DNA of 64,000 nt from Candidatus Parcubacteria bacterium (GTDB lineage: Bacteria > Patescibacteriota > Minisyncoccia > JACPXH01): the NCBI GenBank assembly GCA_016196625.1, contig JACPXH010000007.1, positions 150,461 through 214,460 of the forward strand, written 5' to 3'. Numbering within the stretch: position 1 is the first letter of the stretch; each line of letters starts with the position of its first letter. A program made the translations under genes and the position numbers. Under the pieces are notes generated by a model that was not told the origin of the DNA, ran no database searches, and worked only from the letters and a program-made list of their open reading frames with translations. Shown here one piece after another: positions 37,897 to 46,800 of the stretch.

Positions 37897-40800
37897 TTGG
37901 TTTTCGATCTTCATATGATCCGTATCAAGCGTCCCCCCAAGGGGAAAAAGCGCGACTCGCTCACCAAGCGTCTCTTTGCCGCAGGTGCTGCAGGGGTAAC
38001 CATGTTTACCGGCGGCGTCCTTGGAGTGCGTGCGGCCGGAACAGTCAAGCCGCCCTTCGCGCAGGTGCGGCTGCGCACGGATCGCGTTTCGGGTGCAGGG
38101 CGGACGCCGGGTGAGGCTGGCGCGGGTACGAAAATTTCTACAGAGGAGGAAGCGCGCATCAAGGCTGAAACCGGTCGCTTCTTGGGCGAACTGCGCAAAG
38201 TAGCAGGGGAGACTGACAGCCAGAGTTTCTTTGCCCGGGTGCTGAACATCTCTCCGGCCGAAGCCGGGTCAGACCTCAATGCTGCGATTCAGGATTTGTA
38301 TAACTCCGGCAATTTGACCCAGGCCGTGCAGAGCGTGCTGGCCAGCGGAGCATATACCCCCGATCAGGCAGCTGCCGCCCTTCGAGAAGCTGAAACAGCG
38401 GGCGTCATCCCTGCGGGAACGACGCTTGATATCGCCGTCAACCTCGGCGCAACGCCCGAGCAGGCGGCTGCGTACGCCCAGCCCTCCTACGTGCCATCAT
38501 CTGAGGCGGATGTCTACGTTCCGCCGCCTGCAGCTGCGGTGCTTCCCGCAGCACCCGTTGCCCCGATTATCCCGCCGCCGGCTGTGGAGTCCGGACCGCC
38601 GGTTTTACCGTCCGTGCCCGCCGCGGCGCGGACCCCCGAAGTGCCACCGCTTCCACCGCCGGTCATCCGCATTGATGAAGAGAGAGGCATCGGGCATGTG
38701 GCCATGCCCGCGGCGCCGGTCGTGCCGGTTGCCCGCGAGGAGCCGACCCCGACGCCTGAACGTACGGTGCAAACCGAAGGCGGGACGTTTATCGTGACGC
38801 CAGGAGGCGCGGTGTTAGATGCAAACCGGAATCCAACCCCCTACTCCGTTGATGCAGGCGGACAAGTGAGTTATCAGGGCACGCCGGTTGGTCGGCTCGA
38901 ATTCCAGCAGCCCGGTATTGAGGAGATGCCTCGAGAAGTCTTTATCCCTACTCCACCACCAGCGCCACCGGTCCAAGCTCCAGGACCCGTCATTATCGTC
39001 CCGCCGGGCGAAAGCATAGTCGTCCCGGAGGGCGAGAGCAGATTTGTGTTAACGCCGGACATCAAGCAGGCTATCCAGGACATCTACCAGAACGAGGGCC
39101 TTGATTCACTCACCAAAGCAGTGGGCGTTCAGATCAACAAGGGCGTGGTGAGTCCGGCCGATGCGGCCCAAGCGCTGCAAGCTGCTGGCATTCCTGTTGC
39201 AGACATTGCCTACATTGCCCGAAACCTCGGGGCCACGCCCGAGCAGATCGCGGCGCTGGTGCCGTCAGCTCCGCCTCCGCCAGCTAAACTGGAAGAGCCG
39301 ACGCTTCCTCCGCCGTCCGCTGCCCCGCTTCCCAGAGGCGCCGAACCCTCCGCACCGCCGGTAGAGATCGGCCCGCCCGTCTGGCAGATTACCCATCCCA
39401 CAGTCCCGGGCCTCACTGTTGACGTTGACGCCGATGGCAACTTCCGTCTGCCTGTTGATTCTGGACTGGGCGAGTTCTCGGGCGCCTTCGGCCAAGTGAA
39501 TAAAGGTACGCTCACCTATACAGTGCGTAGCACCAGCGGCACCGAACAAAGTGGTGATCTGCGGGCTGAAGGTTGGCTCATTGCCGCCGTGACTCCCGCC
39601 TCGCCGGCCAAGCCAGCTGCGCCAGCTCCGGCCCTTCCAACCCCTGCCCCAGTCTTTACCCTCCACATTGGGGATAAAACTTTTCAGATCGACCCCGAGA
39701 CCTTAATCGTCACCAAACCAGAAAGCGACCCTAATCAGTACGTGCTCTATCCAGCTGGTACACCTGGTCAGTACATCATTACAGTGAATGGAGTCTCTAC
39801 CTTTCGGTTAGACACCGCCACCGGCAACCTCACCCAGTTCACTCCCGCTGGCGAGACCAAACCCATTGGGCGTTTTACGCCGGGTGGCGCCGCTGGTCCT
39901 GGTAATACTTTTACGTTTACCCCGAATCCCCCTGCCACTACCACCCCGACATCAACCTCGCCTGTATCATTTCCCGGCGCAACGCCAACGACGACCGTTC
40001 CCGTCATACCCAGACCAGTTCCCCCGGGCGTGATCGGACCCAGTCAACCGCACGAGCTATGGACGAACGTCGTCATTGATAACCAGCGCTATAACCTCTA
40101 TCAAGACGGTGCCGTCAATGCCGTTGATGCGGCGGGCGGAGAAGTCGCGACGCCGTATGTCATTCACTACAACGAAAACGCTCAGAAGTATGAACTCTGG
40201 CGTGCTGCCAATCACGGTGAAACGGTATTTGCGATTCTCAACCCGAGCGGTCAGCTCGAGCAAACTTTCCATCTTTTTTTCAGCCCGGGTCCCTTCGGTA
40301 CCACCCTTCGGGTCAACGATCGTCCCTACCGGATCAATGCGGATGGCACGGTGCTGAATCCGCCCGGCGACACTCAGCGGTACTTTATGGATGTACGCGG
40401 GAACATCCATCTGAACGATCAATACGGTCCCTTCCTCTACCTTATTCTTGTGGACGGTACCGTCCGCGATGCTCAACATCGAACGGTTGGACGAGTAGAA
40501 CCCAGCGGTACTTTTGTTCCGACACCGGGATCGGTTGGCGCGCCTGTACCGGCCCTTCCAACCCCTGCCCCAGTCTTTACCCTCCACATTGGGGATAAAA
40601 CTTTTCAGATCGACCCCGAGACCTTAATCGTCACCAAACCAGAAAGCGACCCTAATCAATATATGCTGTATCCAGCCGGCACACCTGGTCAGTACATCAT
40701 TACAGTGAATGGGGTCTCTACCTTTCGGTTAGACACCACCAACGGCAACCTCACCCAGTTCACCCCAGCTGGTGAGACCAAACCCATTGGGCGCTTCACG

Positions 40801-43800
40801 CCCGATGGCGCCGTGGGTCCGGGCACTACTTTCACGTTTACCCCGAGCCCCGTCGCTACCACCACGCCAACGTCGACCGCGCCGATCTCTCCTGCGTCCA
40901 CTCCCGCGCAGCCAGCTGCCGGGCCTGCCACCGTTCCCCCGGCTGCAGAAGCCGCACCTTCAGTTCCTGCCGCTACCCCCGCTCTCCCCGAGGTGCGCGT
41001 GCGTATCAACGACGCGATCTACCGGATCATGCCCGACGGCACGGTGGTGAGCCCGCCGTCTGACCCGAACACCTACTCGGTGACCCGCAACCCTGACGGC
41101 ACCGCTGCGATCAGCCGCGAAGGGCAGGTGATGTATACGGTCAACGCCCAAGGCGAAGTCCGCACTCCCGACAACCAGACAGTGGGCCAGTTTGATGTGC
41201 CCAAGGCTGAAGTCGTAACCGACTACACCGCCGGCCGAGTTGACTACTACCTGCGTAAAGCCGAGAAAGTCGGCCAAACTGATGCCGCTACGATTCGGGA
41301 GCTCGCGGACAGTGGCGTCAGTCCCACCGTGATTGCGGAGCGTGCTCTTAAAGAGTGGGGCGGAGATGCGCGGCGGGTCGCGGTGGCGGCAGCGGAAGCC
41401 GGTGCTGCGCCTCACCTGATTGCCGAGGTTTTGAAAACGAAAGAATTGAAGGTGCAAAATCCAGACGGCACGAGTCGAACCGTGGACGCTTTTACCTTGG
41501 CTTTGGAGCAAGCAGTGGGGCAGGTAGCCGCGGTGCCGGAATCAAACCAAAGGCTGCAGGGGATGGGTTCGATTGCCGATTTTCTGCGCCGCGCTGGCAT
41601 CTCGGCCCAAGAAGCCAGAGATCGGCTCAAGGCCGCTGGTTTCACTGACGATCCCACGTCCATCCTGAGCGCTGTTGGTTACAGCGCCGAGGGGCTGGCC
41701 ACCACCTTCCCCGTAACTCCGACCCAAATTCGGGCCGTCAATGTGGACGGCACGTGGCTCGCGCTCTCGCCCGATGGGACGGTCTACATTCCGCAGGCTG
41801 GCAGCGCGGCTGAGCTCAAAGTGATTGACGGTGAGACCCGGATCCTGTTCAAGGACCGCACCGGGCGCATCGTACCGCTCCCCATAGCCCGGATCGAGCA
41901 GGTTTCAGACGTAGACCTCCTGCGTTTGGCGCAAGCCAAGTTTCAGGCCCAGGGGTTGACCCGGCCTCAAGCCAATGAGCGGATTTTTCCCCTGGCGGTT
42001 GCTGCCGGTTGGAGCGATCCCGGCCGGGTTATTCGGGCTGCGCTGGAAGCCGGCTTTTCTCCGACAGACATTGTGAGCGGGCTGGCCAGCATTGACAGCG
42101 CTCGCCGCGAGAACAATCAAGAGAGCCATTATCTGGAAGAGGGGATCATGGCGGCGCTCGATGCCGCGCGAAGTCCTGAAGCGCGGCAGGCGACTGCGGA
42201 TACGATCATCGCGGCCCTGCGCGAATCCGACCTCGGTCGCGAGCGGCTCGATGAGCTTATCCAGTACCTCGCCCCGCGGCTCAACGTGCCGGAAAGTCAG
42301 CTTCGCGAGCAGTTGGGGGTTAATCAGCCTTTGTATAAAGCGGCGTTTCGTCTCGAACTGGACCTACCTCGTTATCTTCCAGAATCGCTGCGGCAATCCC
42401 AGAAGGTATTCACTGGAAGATCGCTTCGGGTTATAAGTCAAGTCCCCATACACGAATACGCCGCCACGTTGACTTCGGTTTCCACTGGTCAGCAAACAGC
42501 GCCTGCTGTTACGCGCAAAAGTTCGCACGTCATTAAAATCGCCATTCCGGCAGAACTCAGGGCTGATCAATATCAGCTTACCATTACAATTGATGGTCAG
42601 GCGCAAACATTTCCCATAGAAGTGGAGCGCCCACTCCAAAAGGCCCAAGCGCCCGTGGAGGTTGTGCCCTTGACGTCAGTCGAACAGGCTGCGATTGCGT
42701 TCAGGACCACTCTGTGCACGAATTGCGCATCTGAAGGAGTGTTTAGCGGAGATCCCAATGACGCGAATAAACTCATTCATATCAGCAATACCAGAGATTT
42801 GGTGCGATCAACTGACGGCGGTAGGTCTTGGCACGCGTTGTCGATCGATAACGCCGCACAGTATCCGCGCGCCCAGGTCTTATATGTTGGCGATCCCAAA
42901 GTAGTGAGTTTACCCGATGGTTCATTTATAATCACCAGCCTCGGTAGCGATCATAATAAGAATTTTACTTTAGGCGGATTGATATACCGAGGCACCTACA
43001 CGGGCGGGCTTAACGCCACCTTTTTTCAAGACATCCCTTCAAATTTGCCGGCGAACCAAGATATCGTTGTGGATAGACCAATTTTGGCAGTCGATCAGAG
43101 AAACTCTGCCGTATATATTGCCGTCAATGGCGCCTGGTTTGGCGAAAGAGGAGAATCCGACTTCGAACATGCAATCTACTTCTCTCAGGACGGCGGTCAA
43201 ACATTTAAGAAGGGCAGGATCGGTCATGGACTCGCAATCCACTCGATGACAGTTGGTGCCGACGGGACGCTCTACGCCGCTCGTCTCGGCGAGCCGCATG
43301 AACTGTTCCGCTTTTCTTCTCTCGACCCGGTGCGGTATGAAGTGCTACCGTTACCGGGCCGTCATCAGACCTGGGAGGGTTCGGTAAGAATATCGACCAC
43401 CAGCCGACGTGCCTGGGTTGGCTACGAAGGTCCGGAAGTCATCGCCGATACTAGCCCAACAAGTCCTCATCAAGGGCGGTTGTATGCGGTGTGGTCGCAG
43501 TCCGAGCGGGTCGTTGATGATCAAAACTTTGAGTATAAGCACTATGGGTTTAACCATGACGTATTTGTCAGTTATTCCGACGATCGAGGCGTTAGTTGGT
43601 CTCCGCCAGCGAAGGTGAACGACGATATCGGATCCGGCGATCAAGTATTCCCGTCAGCCCGACTTGACACGAACGGTGCTCTTCACGTTGCCTTCTTCGA
43701 TCACCGGAATAATCAGAGTGACGCAGTGTTCGACGTGTACTATGCGAAGTCCACCGACGGTGTGAATTTTTCCAAGAATCTTAGGTTAAACGAGGAGCCG

Positions 43801-46800
43801 ATCCCAAACGAGTATGGCGGACGGTTCCTTGGCGACTACATAGATATGGTCATGCCATATCCGGATCGTGTCTATGTCGCATATCCAGACGCGCCACTGT
43901 TTGCCAATGGTAAACGTTCAACCATGGCAACGGCCGTGAAGTTTGTGGAGATTTCCCAGGCGGCGCTTGCGCCACTCATGCCGTCGAGGGGGGCTTTCAG
44001 CCTTGATCGTTGGCGCACAGCAGGAGAACGCATAGAGACACTCCATTCGCTTCTTGTATCAGGGTGGACGCCCGCAGAAATCATCCGAGCCCTTGCCGCG
44101 GTAGACGCATCTGCCAAGGCCGCAGGCCGCGAGACTCATTACCTCGAAGAGGGGATCATGGCGGCACTGGAAGCCGCGCCAAACCCAGAAGCGCGGCAGG
44201 CGACGGCGGATACGATCATCGCGGCTCTCGGCGAAGCGGGGTTGAGCCGGGAGCAGACGCAAGAGTTGATTCGGAATCTTGCCCCGCGGCTCAACATGAC
44301 CGAAGAACAGCTGCGTAGTGCATTGGGGATCGGCCAGCTTGCGCGTCAAACCTCTCGACTCACGCGACAAATGACCCGTCAGACTCGCCCTACCGTCCCG
44401 CGCGCGACACTCGTCAAAGTAGATGAGCCGGAGTTTGCCAAGCAAGAGTTGGTGTTGCCGCCCACACTGTTGCCCGCGCCAAACTCGCGCGATGTTCAGG
44501 GCTTTTTAGGGTCAGCTTCAAGCGAGGTGGCTTTCCAGCTTGTTTCACTCATTCGCGACCGGTTCCAGCTTGGGGCAAGCGCGTCGCGCCGCGGTTCGGT
44601 TGAACTGGGCGACGAGGTTACGATTACTCTCCAAGTCAAAGGCCAAGATGTTCCGCCCGACAAATTAGTTACGTTCGACGCCCTCGTGCCTTCAAAGTTC
44701 CGGTACGTGTCCGGGTCCTTAGTGGTCAACAATGTGCCATCGTCTGATCCGGAATTCATCCTCCGCACACCCTTCGCCACCGTCGTCGACGAAGAAACGC
44801 AGGTCCTCCGGCTTGAGCACGGGGTCTGGTCTTACGGAAACACCACGCGGACGTATCGGTTCCGAATGCGCGCTGATACTATCGGCCGGCCCGGCAATTT
44901 GGACGTGAAGGCGTATCTGGACGTTGGTCCGCAGTTGGCCCAGATTGCCGGGGTGGGTCCTTTCACCACGAGCGTGCGCACGAGCGGTCCGCGGCGAGAA
45001 GCCCAGCAGACAACGGAGCGCAACGACGAATTCTCCGGTTATGCCTTTGATCAAACGTTCTCCGGCGGCCGGACGCTGGGCGAAGCTCCGCTGCCCGGGC
45101 GGGCGGGCGAGTTGGTGCCGGGTGAAGCGAATCAGTTTATGCCCGCGCAGGCGATTGAACTTTCGCCGCACGAACGCAACACCATTTCGGTTCGCTATCA
45201 TTTTACGAAACGCTCGCCGGATGCCGCCAATACCCTGCGGCTCAAATACACCGTCGAACTGCCCGGAGAGGTCGAATACCTGTGGCGGTCAGCCCGAATT
45301 GACGGGGCGTTGATTGACACCGAGCCTCTCCGGACACTCCCCGAAGAGCGTACGCCGGCCGGGACGCGACTTGTTACGATAGTGGATCGAGAGACGCCGG
45401 TTGACGAACGGCCGCACGAACTTTCGTTTCAAATTTTTACCGCGGCTGCGCCAGAAACCCAGGCGCGCGCCCCTTTGGTGACGCAGCTGTGGGTTAACGA
45501 CAAGCTGGTCCGAAAGGATCGCTGGGAGCCGATTATCATCCGGGCAGCACAGCCCGCGCCGCCGCGAGACGCCGCGCCGGCTCCGGGCGCCCCTTCGGCG
45601 CCGCCCATATCTGAACCGCCCTCTCCGCCCACCAACTGGGAGCCGCGGTACGTCAGGTTCGACTCAAGCCTTGAGTTTTCCCGGCGCGAGGTGCGGGCTG
45701 GTGAGCGGGTTGACATTACGGCGCGGCTCGAGCGGATCGATTCCGGAGGCCCCATTGAGAATTTTCAATACCTTTTGGAGCTGTCTCCGGGATTACGATT
45801 CGTCGCGGATCAGGGCGTGTCAGTTGATTCTACGCAGCGCCTCGAGCCCGAGGTTTCCGAACGGAACGGCATCCAGCGAGTACGGGTTCGCATGCGGTTT
45901 CCGGCCGGAAGTACAAGGGCTACAGGGGATGTATCAGCTGGGTTCGGGGATCGGCCGACCACGTCAATCCGTTTTACCGCGCAGGCCGCGGCGGATGTAT
46001 CGCCGGGCGAGAAACTTTTGGTGGGTAAGTTTTCCGGCGACGGGTTGCAGCTTGGGCTTGACGCCGCGAATGTCTTGGTTCGCGCGCCTGAAGTCCAGCC
46101 TCGCTTTACCGGCGAGATGTTCACGATTCCTGCGGCCGAGGCGCGGCCGGGAGAAGCACTGGCGGTACAAATCCGACTCTTTCGTACTGATGCGGCGGGT
46201 CGGGTTGGAGATGTCGTTTATGAGCTGGAAGTGCCGGCTGGATTTGAGTATGTTACCGAGTCAGGCGGAGCATCAATTGATGGTCGGTCTCTTGCGGTCA
46301 CGGTGGTGTCTCGGACCGACGGCGCGCAGGTGGTGCGGACCGATTCGTTCTTTTCTCCCGGCGGCAACAATTCCCAGGCTATTACCGTGTTCCTGCGTGC
46401 GAAGTCAGATGTTCCCGCTGGCGAGAAAACCTTTGTGGGTCGGATTTCGGTCAGAAACCGTCAGGTCCTCGAACAGCGCACGAGCGTTCAGGTGCCGGAG
46501 CTGGCAACGGTTCGGATTGACCCGTTCCTGTTCTTCTATGGAAGAGCGACGGTGGGCGATGAGTTTACTGTCTATGCCGATCTCGGTCGTCGCGATACCG
46601 GCGGGCCGATCCCGCAGGTAGATTATCGTCTCCAACTGCCTCGCGGATTCGAATTTCTCCCCAACAGGTCCGATGTGTACTTTTGGGATACGGGCCGCTC
46701 CCAACCGCTCAACGCGGGCGTCTCGGACGGGGTCGTTACGGCCACAATCGCAAACTTTCCCGCCGGGCCGGGGGGGCGCACGATTCGATTTCGACTGCGC

